Assembly (NCBI RefSeq): GCF_000150275.1
Contig: NW_002060943.1
Span: forward strand, 10,076,209 to 10,140,208
From: Trichoplax adhaerens
Taxonomy: Eukaryota > Animalia > Placozoa
DNA length: 64,000 nucleotides
Direction of reading: 5' to 3'
This document shows, piece by piece, positions 1-14,045 of the stretch (within the stretch, counting starts at the first letter, position 1; every line of letters starts with the position of its first letter). Position numbers and translations under genes: made by a program. The notes beneath the pieces were generated by a model that ran no database searches, had not been told where the DNA came from, and worked only from the letters and a program-made list of their open reading frames with translations.

Positions 1-709
1 TTGTAAGCCTTTCAAACTGAATTACGCGTACATCGTATTTTTAATAGAAAAACTTCGCCGACGATTTGAGATCTTAATTATTGTCATCATCAACAATTAC
101 TTATTGTACGAAGTTTGCGAAATTGCTTCTACAGTAAAGAAACTTATCATTTAGTGTTGTTTAAAGCAATTAAGTAGAACTATTTTAACCTCGTACATAT
201 AATAATCTATGGATCTCATGTAATAGACGTCTATTAAATACTGTAACTGTAGGTAAGTACAGGACTTCACTCTATTTCAAAATTAGATGACAAAATTATG
301 TTGGATTCTGTAAGTATTACATACAGTATATACAACATTGCATAGTACAGTATACTCGAAATACAATGAAAAATTAATAACTACAATATGCACGTGTATT
401 TGCATTATCCGGACCTAGAGTTCAAGAACTAATAAAAACTTTTAATTATGATTCGTTTATATTATATAATTATTATTACACAGGAATCAGATAGCTTATT
501 ACTTTACAGAATTAAGTTCTAATATAGTAGAAAGCCATCTCATTTTTGGAACGTCCGATCGCAATACCAAAAATGTAACCTGTCCTTCGTTCATGGATTG
601 GGACTACATTATTACAGATGATATTTGTAACCTAACTCGATAGAAATTAATACAATAGTATCAAATTTATAATTAATACATTATTATCACAACAGGAATA
701 GCAGGCATC

Positions 710-2689
710 TCAACGGCGATATCTGTATCGCCTAAAATGGAACCATAACTGAAAAATATTTTTATGAAATTGGCTACGAAATCCTTTCTTATGGCTATAT
801 TCCCATTCACGATTAACAATTTTAAATGCAATATCTTCATACGGCGGACCGGCATGAAATCTCAGGATAACAAAATCCTTTGAATCAGAACATGGCTCGA
901 GATAGTATTGCGGCGTTTGAATTTTATCAATAAGATCAGGATAAAATATATTAAACTTATATCCCTGAACAATTTTAGGCGGTGGATTATCTGTATCATA
1001 ATGTGTTTGATTATATTTATTCCATTCGTAGCCAGTATGAACACGATTGAAGAACCTGGGCTTACGCGGTCTGTATTTATCTTGCCATTGATAAATCTGT
1101 TCTTTAAGATTAACATCAACGTTAAAATCTTCTTCTCCATCTTCCTGTCCTTTCTTAGCTTCCTTAAGAAAATTTCTTTCTCCTGCATTAATTTCTGGAT
1201 TACCACCGCTTAACCATGGTACAATTCCCCTTTGCCTTTTTATTACATTACGAGCTTTTTCTAACATTTCGTTATCCTCCGTAGAATCGATAATATCATA
1301 TTTGTTCCTAGAGAAATCACTTAAAGGCATCAATTTCGGACTATAGTTTCCCTATATCAACAAGATGCAAGAACAAATTTACTCTATTAATACAAGAAGA
1401 GCCATCAATATATAATTATGAACGCGTTAATAGCAGTTGTAAATTAAAGTATCAGCATAAAATTTAACCTCTTGGTATAAGCTATAACATGTATTTCTGA
1501 GTGCCTCGCTACTATCAGGTTTATCATCATCATTATCAGCATCAGGTGATCTGGATTGTGCATCATTTTCGTCATCGGCGTATTCGACAGGAAATAGTGG
1601 CTCTCCTTCAGTTTTCGTTGCAACACTTTCTAAAATTAGTTGATCTTGTTGCTTTTCCTTAAGATAATTAAGTTTTTCCCTCAACCTTTCTTGGTGTTTC
1701 GCTTTTAAGCGAGCTCTAGCCGTAAATATTTTTAATTTCTTAAGCAATGATTCCCAATAGGCAATATCTAGTGTTTCTCCACTATTAATCTTACTCTCGA
1801 TCTGTCTTTGCAACTCTAATAACTGCATGAAGCTCTTCCCTTTGAATATAGTTGAAACCTCATCTTTCACTGATTCATTGATTCCCTCGCGTCGTTGTCC
1901 AGCTTTATTACCACCTGGTTCCAATTTAGATAACCTTTCTAGCTCTGATTTGGCTAAAACTTTTATATCCTCCCAAAATTCTCCGTTCCTTCCTTGCTCT
2001 ATTTCAATGTATATTTTTATGTCTTCTAATAAATCTTCAAGATCTAATCTATTCAATCCTACTAATACGGCGTAAGGTTCATTGACATCATATCCAGTGT
2101 CATCATCAGGACATGAATTGACATATTTAGCCAGGATATCAATTGGCTTAGCTCTAGCATGATTAAGACGAATTTCTGATCGTAGTAAAGATTGTTTCAG
2201 GAGAAATTCATCTTCCTGCTTCTCCCAGCCAGCAAATTGGGCCGCTTCTTTCTCTCGCCTCAGATGGTCTAACTCTTCTTCTCTCATGGCCTGTTCTCTT
2301 TCCCGTTCTAATCTTCTATATTTAACCTTTTCTAGCTCTCTTCGATTTTCCTTTAACTTTTTCTCAGCTAATTGCCTTTTCTGCTGTGCATCAAGATTCG
2401 TTAGGCCATCTTTTTCTAACTTCTTATGCCATAAGAATGTATCCGTTAAATTTTCATCCCCAAACGGATTGTCGTTATTAGTATATCCTAATAGGTCTTC
2501 TTTAGCTTTTCGGTTGGATTTCTTATCTTTCTTTTTCGCTGTCTTATGACTTCCATCGTATTCACGATGTGAATGTTTTTTTCTCTTCTTTTCGCGATGC
2601 TTACGTGAAGGTGACATCGACAGGGAACGGCGCCTAATTTTATGTCCTGTAGAATTGGAAGGGGATTTTAACTCTCTAGCTCTTTTCAT
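710..2689 (-). CDS. CACTIN: Cactin (spliceosome C-complex factor); 2 exons, join(1469..2689, 710..1351), about 620 aa
   Basis: The N-terminal basic region is followed by GYTNNDNPFGDENLTDTFLWHKK and the Cactin_mid segment (RAKPIDILAKY). The C-terminal cactus-binding domain has WQDKYRPRKPRFFNRVHTGYEWNKYNQTHYD...FQLWFHFRRYRYRR. A 117-nt GT-AG phase-0 intron (1352-1468) joins YQE to GNYSPKL in frame. Confidence 0.95.
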
Positions 2690-3054
2690 TTACCTGACGA
2701 ATCCAATTTGATTTGCAATGTCAATGTCTGTAATTTTTTGGAACGGATTACAGTGATGGTTACAATCTAGTGCAATACTATATGAACTACTAACCGTACT
2801 TTACAGTACTGTACAATGCACTAGTCCATGATACTAAAATGAAAAGTTGAAAACCGCATTACAGTACTATAGCAGCGTACAGTACCGTACTGTACACTGA
2901 GTGTACAGTACTGCATGTCAGGAATCATGGTACTGGGAAGGTATTCCTGTACTGTACAGTGTACACTGTACTGTACACAGCACTGAGCAGCCGCAGCTTC
3001 CATTCGCTCCGCGACTGCGGTAGTAATACAGTACAGCTGTGAAAATAACCCAAG
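2690..3054. promoter_or_regulatory. Short bidirectional promoter region (cactin/COX7C) filled with ACAGT/ACTGT repeats
   Basis: Only 365 bp separate the two divergent ATGs. There are dense TACAGTAC/GTACTGTA/TGTACA units at about 2795-3035. Confidence 0.7.
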
Positions 3055-3294
3055 ATGGCGTCGTCTGGTTTGTTGCGCATTGGCCTTCTCGGTCGCTCCG
3101 TTGTTAAAAGCCGCTCAATGAGCCCCATTATTCGTGGTGACTTTCCAGGTGGACCCGGTACTTCGATGCCTTTTCAAACTAAGAATAAATTGGTTTTAAT
3201 GCTCACGTTGGGACTGGCTTTTGGTGGCACCTTCAGCATACCATTTTTAGCTGTAGAATTTCAACTGAAAAAGCAATCTGGTGATTTCAACTAA
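3055..3294 (+). CDS. COX7C: Cytochrome c oxidase subunit 7C (mitochondrial), single coding exon, 79 aa
   Basis: An Arg/Ser-rich presequence is followed by GPGTSMPFQTKNK...FGGTFSIPFLAVEFQLKK, matching the COX7C pattern GPGxNLPFxxxNK...FGxxFxxPFxxVxxQLxK. Confidence 0.9.
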   Translation: MASSGLLRIGLLGRSVVKSRSMSPIIRGDFPGGPGTSMPFQTKNKLVLMLTLGLAFGGTFSIPFLAVEFQLKKQSGDFN

Positions 3295-6200
3295 AGCTTT
3301 TTTAGTGTATGTTGCAGAGCAGATCTTATGCCTAGTTCTTTTAATTCGGAAACATTAAAAGTAGAATTGGTCCATTTATATTGATTCTAATTTTATAAAA
3401 TCTATGCAAAAAAAGTTAGTTGATACGAAAATTTGCCATACTCTGAGCACATTGACTCTTAGTTTTAATTTGTGTCTAAGAACAACAGTACGACATATAC
3501 TATAGGACGAGAATCTGTCCGCCATTGATGTTGTTCTAACTTGTGATTAACTTAACTAATAACTTGATAATAGAAGAAGTAAGATTATTGAATGTGACGT
3601 TTGTGTAGCATTATCTATGTAAAATGATGGTAAAAGTTATTAGAGGATAAAAAATATCAGAGGTAACAAATGCGGTAGTTAACACGCATACAGTATCTGA
3701 CTTGCTTATTTTAGATGTACGTAAAGCAAGATAAATGTCGATTACATAGAGCTGTCAAGATACCATCTATTTGCTTTTATTTATAATTAGCTATATACAT
3801 GTTGACTGTCGTTTTATATTGGCAAAATTGCTGTACTGGTGCGGAACTGGAAATACACACTTCATACGAATATATGACTTTCTCGTATGTTAAGGCTAAG
3901 ATCACATTGGCTTAATAAATATTTCGTATCCATCTCATTTATGTTGTAATACTTTATGTACTGGATAAGTACTGAAAAAATTCAGCTCATATGCTACATT
4001 TTGGTATACTACAGTAAAGTACAGTATTTATAGAGTACGTTAGTTTGAAGTTTAAGTCATATTTTTCCGTATGAAGACTTTCAATGCCCTGTAAGTACAG
4101 TACTGTACTGTTAATAGGCAGTAAATATAAGATACTGTACGTGCTGTACGCATATTACACCGCGTGCGTACCAATACCATATTTCGGCTTCTGCCAACTC
4201 CTACGTCTATTAATCCAATATAGATTAGGTGTCTTTGCATTAGCTATTTCTCATCAGCCAAAGTGAACATTTGGCGATAATGCAGTACAGTAAAACCTAA
4301 TTTGAAAAGATTCAGCTTGTATGATCAGATTTTAGCTTCTAGTATATATGTTATGATATAAAGCATACAGGGCGGAGTATGCACTATGCAGTGAAGTATG
4401 GCACTGTAGTGTGCGTGCACTTCTGAGTCTGAACTGTAAATGTACTATGATATTAAAATACCGGGATAGCACTGTTCGCTTTCTGCAGAATGCAGGCTTT
4501 TGACTTTACCATAAATCAAGAAAATTCAAATTTAAGCCTCAGACTACAGCCATTAAAATTTTCCATTGCTGCAATGATCACTTGATCAGTGCATATTTTG
4601 GTACAGTACTGTATACAGCAAAAGAATTCATACCGCTTTTGAACATAAAAACCCATTAGTCCATTTCAGACCAGCTTTGAGCAGATCCACATGGAAGTAG
4701 TGATCAAACTAAAGTGTATCATCTCTGCTGATACAGCACTCTAATTTGAAATGTCTATATTTTATGATGCATTAAGTGTTACAGGACATATACATGTACG
4801 TATATAGCACTGGATTTGATCGTATTTGGAAGTTTTCGGAAATAGTAAATTTTACTCTAGCGAGATAGGTTATAATTCTGATATTAAATGATAAATAAGG
4901 TTAAATCTCGCGATATATATATACTCGCGTATCAGAGATTCGCGATACTAGAAACTACCTTCGACTCATTGACCCGTTTAGTAATGTAAATGTTTCGTTG
5001 TATGCACAAGTAAGTGTACAACCTATTACCTTATCATATTACACGGTTCTGTACAACGATATATACAATGTTTAAACTAAGTCATAGTAAAACACGCATG
5101 ATTCAAGAACTACTGGAGAGAAATCTCTTTCTTAGCGGTCTTTGGAGCTCTATTTTGCACATGAGTCTACAGTATTCATAGGCTTCATCTTATTCTGATT
5201 GCGGGAGAGGAGAGAAAATTATATTTTGTTAGGTGATAAGAAAGTATTCAGAGGGCCTGCTCTCGTACTCTCGTAAAGACATCTGATAAAAAACTTGTAT
5301 GCCTCGTACGTGTGATTTATTGTACAACAGTTCTGTACTTGTATCAGCACATGATAAGTTTGACATTTCGCTTGAAAATTAGGTAAGTACTGTAAATAGA
5401 CGTCACTTTTCCTAGTATGCGTTGTTGACATTAGACTGTGCCTAATCAGTTCATCTTTAAATGTGCAAATATAAAAAACTTTTAAGTCTTCAACATACAT
5501 GGTGTACAGTATATATATACATAAAACGTGACATATGATTTTCATTTCTATACTGTCACTGTACTTTATTCGCACAGTACCGCATCCCAAGAATTCTGAG
5601 AATCTAATACAGTAACTCCATTCCACTGTGTGCACGGTGCATGATTTCCACAGTAATCTATGGTGGTACGTACCAGGGATACATTAGTACTGTACCTTAA
5701 TAAACGTCTAAAAATTTCATTTAATTAATCTTTCCATTAACCGAACTAACGCAATAATACTGTACCGTACAGTATATTCCAGTTTATACAATGAATCTTA
5801 CTCAGAAGTCTAGACTATATTTCCGTATAAGAATTGATTAAGCACCCAAGAGAAATAGGTAATGTTTTGTACTCGTTAAAATTGGTGTTATGACTGATTA
5901 GTATAGCGTGCAGATCGTAGAGTATCTTTGCTGTATAAAAATGAAAACAAATTAAATTTAAGGAAATATCGAAGGTAGTAGAAATCATTGTCATAATACT
6001 GTGTATTAAAAGTATAACCTTTTATTTTTTCTTGATCGGATTCATATAGATATTCGATGACTGTACCTAAATTTAGTTTAGGTAACAGCATTAAGTAGTA
6101 AAAGTTTCATAAAGTCTTTACATATCAAAAGATTTGAGATTATTTACAACAAGAATAAAAGCTTGCTCTTTCGAATTATGGCTCTGACACGCTAACTTGC

Positions 6201-6351
6201 GTCAACGTGATAAGATTGTACGCGTATAGTTGACGAAATTATACGGAAGGTAGTAAATAGCTTGATGGTCATGATGCGGTAGAGAATAACTATAAATACA
6301 CATATCTCTAAACATGGTAACGTGCTATCTTGCATACAGTTCCCATTATAA

Positions 6352-9300
6352 TTAATAATTTTTGGATTTCGATTGAATCGGAGAGTAAGAAATTAGCCAC
6401 CCAGAGAGCCCAAATAATGAAACCAGAGAGATAATGACAAGCATCATTATAACATAATGGCTAATACTATCAATAGAAAAATAAATTAATGTTACAATAA
6501 TGTTATAATAACTAAACATCTAAGAAATCTATGAATACAGTAGTATTCAAAAGGGAAAATTTTAATAGTGCAAAATTGAGACCTAGTTCCAATGTCAAGC
6601 CAACTTCCTTGATCACGTATCATGAAGAAAAAGTTCTAGGAGAGAATTTAGAAAATTCGTTACTAAACAATAGTAATCGCCAACATTACGAAAATTGAAT
6701 TCATGTTATCATTTCGTACCATTGCCATTAAGTCTGTCATTGAAAGGACCAAAAGCAGTAAACTGTAAGATACAACGATACCATTATTACTCTCATGAAA
6801 TTAAAATTGAAAATATTCTCCATTTGAATCATTAGAACCTTAAAAAGGTTAAACTTACAACGTGATCGGTATACGAAGAGAGACTTTTAGAGTGTACAGT
6901 GCACCCATCACCATAGCAAACGGAATCAGTATCTATTAAGATAGAAACGATTCTAAAAATTTTAACGCTTAATTCTACTGTAGAATATTTAAGAGTATGG
7001 ATAATAAATAGTGCCCAATATATTATACCTTACAGACCAGTAGTATTCCCATTGTAAAAGGTGAAAATACCGTCAGAAAGCAGCATACTGTCATCGGATC
7101 AAAACTAGAAGAATTTTTAAATACAGATACGTCACGCACATCTTTCAAAATGTATAATTGCAATTTTCTACATGATTACAAGACTAGTTGCGCTCAGTAC
7201 GGCGAGCATCATTTTAAGCATAGTAGTTCATATGTTGAGTTAACAACAAGATGATTCATCATCACGCAACACCATTAACTTTCATTTAGTCTTCAAGCAC
7301 AATATCCTGTACCTGTTAATGCTTGCTATATTTCCAGTACCAAAGAAAGCAACTACAATGAATAATACCTGCCAAGCAATCGAAATAGTGTAAATAAAGA
7401 TTATAACCAGCAAAACTGCGGATTAAAGAACTGCAGTATGCTATCGATAATAAAGGTAAAAATATCTGAGTTCTTTCGCTACTTACAAAAAAGTAGGCAA
7501 GTCGCAAGTCTGCAGAAATAGGTTTCCTTTCAATATTATCTACGTAGCATTGCACAGAGGTTATAAGTCATATACCAGTAGTTTATGTTATTTGATTACT
7601 CCAGGCAATAGTACACTCTTACCGAAACTCTCCAAACTATACTGCGTTTTAGGTTTACGATTTTCAAAGTATATTTCCAATAACTGCAGCAGTCATATTA
7701 AATGAGAGAGAATTTTATGAACTAATTCGCCTAAGTTATTATACTGTAATACAATAAGTTTTAAAATATATTTTGCAATGCCTACCTGACCAGTAGTAAC
7801 ATTCGATAACTTCTGTTCAATAATGATCCAAACAGACAACAAATTACAGAAACAAAGGCAAAATAGTGCTTCATAGCTACAGCAGCAAATGATTGTTATT
7901 AAGGTAAAATGAAGGCTAGTTTATAACAAGAAAGCATTAAAAATGGACACTTATTGGCATTTACAAAAGGATACGATGTACTGAACAAAATGTATGTTGA
8001 CATCAATGATAAAAATATGCTCAGCAAGCGATCCAAAAGATAATTGGAGCTAAATAACGGCAAAATCCAACTAGTGCCTTTAAAAAATTAAAATATTGTC
8101 TATTACTAAAAGCTCATTTTAAAAAGACAATAAATGCGATAAAATCCCAGCTGTGATAGTAACTTTTTCACTTACATAACACTAGCCAACTGTATATCTG
8201 ATTGAATAATGGTAATCCATGTTTATTGTTGATACTTCTCGCAGTATTATTTACAACAATAACGGCTAGGCTAGCTACAACCAACTAAAGTTTAAGTCAT
8301 ATGGAACGTAGTTGTCAATGTTATGTAACTTATTTTCTTTAGAGTTCATTAATTTGTACCTAATATTACAAATATTTAAAAATGATTTATTACATTTTCA
8401 CTTAATTTGCTAACCTGAACATAGAAGATTGAGGAGACTTTCCTTGCAAATCTATTAGGCAATAATATCAGAATGAGACGATTCACAGTATTGCCAAGTT
8501 GAAGAAATATTAACTAACAGTAACTTGTAAATTGTACTCGTAAAGTCAAGATTGCACAATAATGAAGGGTACCTAGTAATTATATAAAGCCCTATGAGAA
8601 CTGTAAGGACTCCTGCAATAGTTCTGTAAAGAAAGCGTAAATTAGTCTCGTAATAACATAGGCTGAAAAACTACAGATATTTATATTTACTTACACATAG
8701 GTGTAATTAGCAGCTCGACCTACAGCTGGGAGAGAAGGAAATATTCCGACTAATAAGCAGGCGATTAACCAGTACCCGCATATAAACTGTAAAGTAAAAA
8801 ATTAATATCGTAACTAATGCTTTCTTTTACCAGCTCCATATCGCATTGTATTCAATTAAATGGTATAATGACCTTGTTTTTTTGCATAAGAGTTGTTGTC
8901 AAAGGCCATACGCCTATCATTTACAATTTGTAAAATTGAAAATTCATTAAATAATTTAACGCGCGAATTGACCGTAGATTTGTTTAACAGAAAACCAAGA
9001 GTATTTTAGAATAGGGTTACAGTGATTACGTACCAAGGCCGACCAAAGCAATCGTCAACGAAATTCGATAAAAGAAGCTAATTACCTAAAAAGTCACAAA
9101 GTTCTCAATTACTATATTTAATTAATTGTAAATAACCGTAATAGGTCATACAAAGAACATACCAACAGCTCTATACAGAAGAACAGCAACACGATGTAAA
9201 AACTATCCCCAATGCGTGTATCATTGATTCTCTCAGATAAAATTTTACGTCTGTACATATGATACCAAGAATTGTTGAAAAGCGGTAAACACACGTAGTT

Positions 9301-12300
9301 CCGTTATAGTAACAACTGAATGAATCATTAATGTCTCGTTTTCTTAAACATACTGTCTCAGTATTTGACTCCAAAAAAAATTCGGTACCATGACATAGAT
9401 ATAGTGAGTGAAAGGCGACCTTTGAGCTAAGGAGTAAGCATTAGACATTACTATAAAATAATCACTATGAAACTAAATAGTTACGCGTATTATAATTACC
9501 GAATAGAAAAAGGAATGCAATTAGAGAAATTACAACGAATACAGAATCAATCTTTGGGATAGTCTCAGTAGCACCTGTTGGCTAAGCAATTAACCATAGC
9601 CTCACAATCTGCATTAGAATGAATATCATGAACTTAAACACATATTGATAGCTTACCTTAACTTTAAAAATGTCCGAGTTATTAGTATGCTTTTTAATCA
9701 AGAAAAGTACTATGTACAAAATCCATCCTACGAAACCACTAGCAATCATAATGCTATAATTTGGATAACAGTAACATATATAAAATGAATGATTCTATCA
9801 AGATACAACATACGCAAGAATTAACCATTACAAAATCAGCAAAAGACCTCAAAAATAGTCGATCGTAGTTATGATAATAATTTAATCCTTCAATAGCCAA
9901 AGTTGCGAGCGTTTTACCTGAAGAAATCTAAAATGTTATGATGCATTATTAAAGATAGTAATATTTATCAAATTTTCAATATAATACTATGAACTATATA
10001 ATTACCACAACATCATATCGGCCTTCGTTATGTAATCGCGTTAAATTATCCACCCAAATATCCTATAGGGTAATTTCGTAATATAAGATAACTGCTTGAA
10101 ATACCTTTCATTATGCTATAACTTTTATCAAGCTTAGGCAACTACCTATACCGTCCGATCTTAAAAACACAGTCACAATACAAGAGCAGCTTATAAAATC
10201 AAAGAATTCGAATCTAACGTTTGAGTCGTATAGATTACATAAACTACATTTACCGCTGTTTTTCCTTGCAATAGCCTATATTTATATTAATTAAAATACA
10301 AGAGGATATAAATAAAAAGTATGTAACAAACCTTAATGTTAAAGTTCATTGTAAGACATGAATAAAGACATTTACCTAAACTGCCTGTAGAATATTGGTA
10401 ATGTATTGGTTCTTCTTTGCCTCCTCTTGATCTTAATAAATAGAGAACTCCATGAATAGATGATACGAAAAACGATTTACTCGCGTTAATTTTTACCTTA
10501 AATTGAGCGACTATTTCCTTAGCATTTACTATTATGCATTCGGCCGTATATGAATCACTTGTATTCAGAAACGACGAGGGCAAAATTCCCTTTACGACAT
10601 GAGAGAATAGACCAAATCAGGAATCGTGCATTAATTATAATTACAGGAAGCTCTAAAAATATAAAAGCAGAATAACCACAGAGTTCACAGGAATTGGAAT
10701 TCCAAGCAAAGATGCTGCTAATGGAGCTACATCAGCCTTAACAATCGCAATTACACTACAATTAGTAGCGAATAGAGGTAATTTCTAATGAAGCATTTAA
10801 TTATAAGTATAGCGATTTAGCTCTAAAAATTATTCGAAATGTAGCTTACTTGCATCACGTCCGACCTTCTAATATGAGAAAGATGCCATTCTGTATAAGA
10901 AAATAAGTTAAAGGCATTTCTACTTCACCTAAAAGTTAATTACTGCATCAAAGCTTACTCTTCGAATAGCCATCCTGGTATTCGTTTTTAGTTTCAGGAG
11001 TGGCTTTAGAAATGCCGGCTCCCCAAGCAATTATAGGACAGTCGGTTTCTTGGTTTAGACCAGCCCCATGTGATCCTGTAAAAGCAGAATATTAGTAACT
11101 AGGAAAACATTGTACAATCCTTGACAATGAAAAGTAACTGCACAAAGTCAGTTTATTTTATAATAACCCCAGTCTGTCATTCCATGATCAGAGGTAAATA
11201 TGTATGAGGTCCTTTGATCGTGTTCAAAAAAGTCTTCTATGACACGAACAGTTTTTTCAATGCCCTTATCGACAACGGCTATGTTATCTAGATATTCTCT
11301 ATATCCCAATCAAATTCGAATTTCGACCACAATTAAATTGACAATCATTTATTGCATGAAAGTATGACACTAAAGAATTATTAAATCTAAACTCAACATA
11401 TAAATATCGTATTATTCGCATACTGTATACCAAAATACGAGAATAGCACGTAAAGAGAGTAAATTAAGTTCATATTTATTACTTGGAATATGGCTTGTGA
11501 GCATGACCATTGGTATCTACTCCAAGTAGATGTAGAAACAGCAGAACTCCGCCTTTTTTAACTTCTTTGCTCAGAGAACTGTTAAGCTTAGCCTTCATGA
11601 AGAATTGCTCAACTCTATCGAAAACCCATGTATCAAGCCTTGAAGCGTCGTCAGTAGCGAAATCTTCAAACTCCGGTGGGTACATGTATGTATCGACACG
11701 ATGAGGATTAGCTCCTAAATATACAGTAGTATGTATTTATTCAACTTTATAAAAAGATATTAGAGCAAGGGGAGATGAAAACTAGCGATTGAATTACTGA
11801 GGAGCCTAGACACCTAATATCTACGTATCAGATGTCTAGGTTCCTTATTAGTGTAACTTAAAAGCACCTAACTATAGTAAAACACATAGAATCTATCAGA
11901 TATACATGTAATACTGTACTATGCAAGTTTTACTATGAATCTTTAGTAAACTTTCCATATTTCCTTCTTTATATTACTGTAGACTTAGTACATCAAATGC
12001 ACAGCCTGACAATGTAGAAATTTTCGTTAACTGATGAATTATTACATGCTACGAACCGTTACTGAACATTGGCAAGATATCAGGACTTCCCCATGACCAT
12101 GTATGGTAACTTTGGTTAAAAAGTGAATCAAATTCTACAGGGTTCTCCTTCCAACCTATTACGGCAGTTGCAATTACAAAGGAAAATTTTTTATATCACG
12201 AAAACTAGAAAGAAACTCATATGTATAACGTCAGGGACTTTTTTTACTTGTCTCTACTAGATTTACCATCTAGTAGTCCACGACAGTATAGAAGTTTGTT

Positions 12301-13307
12301 ACACATCTATTTACTAGTAGAAATGCAGACTTCCTATTTTTCATTATTGAAAGCTGTTTGCGATTTAGTATTGTACTACAGGATATATTGACAGTGACTA
12401 CTCAACAAAATATTTCCCCTCACTTACCGAAACTCCTGTTTTTTCTCATACAATCTTACTTCGTATAAAACTCTGATTGTTCCTCTTACATAAAAAAAAA
12501 GAGCCTCTTTTAATTCTTTTAATATGGGAAGATTCGTTGAATAAAAAGTTTGGGACTTTGGCGGGATACTGGTATCAGTTGGGGAAATTTTTTGTTGAGT
12601 AGTCCCTGAGTATGCAGTAATCGATTGAGTAATTTACTTTATTACAAGTTTCATAACTAAATTTATCTTACCTTTAGTTACAGCACTAACATCTTCATAA
12701 AAACCGGCAAGCAAAGCCACATGGCCAGGTCTTGATTCAGTTGGAACTCTCGTGTGTAGAACGCCCCAACTACCATGATTTTCCACTATATCTCTACGTC
12801 GTTTCATATATAAGGTACTTTTAGTACATGAGTTAACGATCACTTTTTAAAACTACAATTGCGAATTTTTTGCATTTCGATAAATGTACTGTATAGATCT
12901 ACCCGTAAAATAGATCTTTCAACCAACTTCTAACAATAAATAGCATGTGAAGTAAATTAATTTGAGATTTTCAATTAGCTCTGTAGAGTACTTAAGCAAT
13001 TTAGTTGCTTATCTGATCCCATTTAGCTACCTTGATAAATCGATTATTTTATGCTTCCTAATTTTTACCTGAGATAAGGAGACCTGGAAGTATTTTTGTT
13101 GGGGATTTCATATAGTTTATCAGCCCTTAAGCCATCGCTCACTATAAATACCAAACGCTTTGCAGGTGCAGGTTGCTTCACCGAATGCGGGGCCATTCCA
13201 CTTACTATTGGCGAAGTAAAATAGACTTCAAAAATTGATCCCAAATATACTACATGAACCAAAATACCAACCAAGGCAAACCAATATACTTCCGTAAAGA
13301 GGGCCAT
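6352..13307 (-). CDS. PIGN: GPI ethanolamine-phosphate transferase 1 (PIG-N/Mcd4), multi-exon
   Basis: Exons read [70 protein letters not shown] and [20 protein letters not shown] is at 13307 and the TAA stop ends at 6352. Most internal exons checked splice in frame. Confidence 0.95.
7877..7974 (-). other. U12-type (minor spliceosome) GT-AG intron in PIGN
   Basis: The 5' splice site is GTATCCTTTT (full U12 consensus). A branch-point-like TTTACCTTAAT lies at 7908-7898, then TAG. Splicing restores ...LFSTS-YEALF. Confidence 0.85.
12392..12608. mobile_element. MITE-like inverted-repeat element in a PIGN intron
   Basis: The left end CAGTGACTACTCAACAAAATATTTCCCC is the near-perfect reverse complement of the right end GGGGAAATTTTTTGTTGAGTAGTCCCTG. 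No ORF and no clear target-site duplication. Confidence 0.6.
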
Positions 13308-13454
13308 AACTTGCTTAAATTGCGTTAGCAATTTATAAAAGCAAAATGGCACTTACTATATTAATGACGAAGTGAACATGAAATATGAATTTTGAGCTAT
13401 AAAACATGTGCGCAACATCGAGTGATATTTGACCTATAAAAGTGAGAAAGGGAG

Positions 13455-13520
13455 GGAACGCGTGCATAGGCTGATCACTCAGCTGATGGAACTCGTGCAT
13501 AGGCCGATGGAACTCGTGCC
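13455..13520 (+). repeat. Short imperfect tandem repeat (about 21-mer GATGGAACTCGTGCATAGGCY, about 3 copies) upstream of PIGN
   Basis: GGAACGCGTGCATAGGCT / GATGGAACTCGTGCATAGGCC / GATGGAACTCGTGCC are read directly. Confidence 0.7.
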
Positions 13521-13544
13521 ATCGTGAGTACTATACCTACAATG

Positions 13545-14045
13545 GTATGTACTGTAAGTACAGTATACAGTTTTGGGTCTAGATCTTGAGGACCACTGAG
13601 CCCGTATCGATTTTTTCGGTGAGGTTCAGCCGTTCAGGTAGGTACCCTCTCTTTACTGTACAGTATTTCAGTACTGTACTATACTGTACAGTACTCATAC
13701 TGTACAGTACTGTACTGTACAGTATACTCTGTTCTTGCATGACACCGGACAGTGGACACTGAATAGTTGTATCAACATACTGTGCAGTGTACAGTATATA
13801 AAAAATTATTTAGCTCTCTATCTACAGTACTGTATATGATGGTACAAATTATAGTATTTTTACTGCATACGCAATTTTTACCTTAGTTCAAGCAATATTT
13901 TTTCCTTTTTTCTACGCTTGAAAACAAAATGAATTATGCTGTAGACTCAGTGAGTGTAGAGTACTGTACAGTACAATGTACTGTACTGTCCATGTGCTGT
14001 ACTGTACAAGGTCATACCAGTAAATTGTACAATACAGTACTGTTG
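13545..14045. promoter_or_regulatory. ACAGT/ACTGT repeat cluster in the divergent PIGN/ENY2 promoter region
   Basis: Dense TACTGTACAGTAC units at 13655-13725 and 13960-14045, between divergent start codons. Confidence 0.65.

Noticed and set aside
862-2549. Overlapping and antisense ORFs within cactin
   Set aside because: Shadow frames of the real CDS with no recognisable motifs.
5219-5635. 138-aa ORF on the minus strand
   Set aside because: Non-ATG start, composition typical of AT-rich non-coding DNA, and no recognisable domain.
13455-13520. Repeat-spacer-like pattern resembling a mini CRISPR array
   Set aside because: Eukaryotic context, near-tandem copies without unique spacers, and no cas genes.
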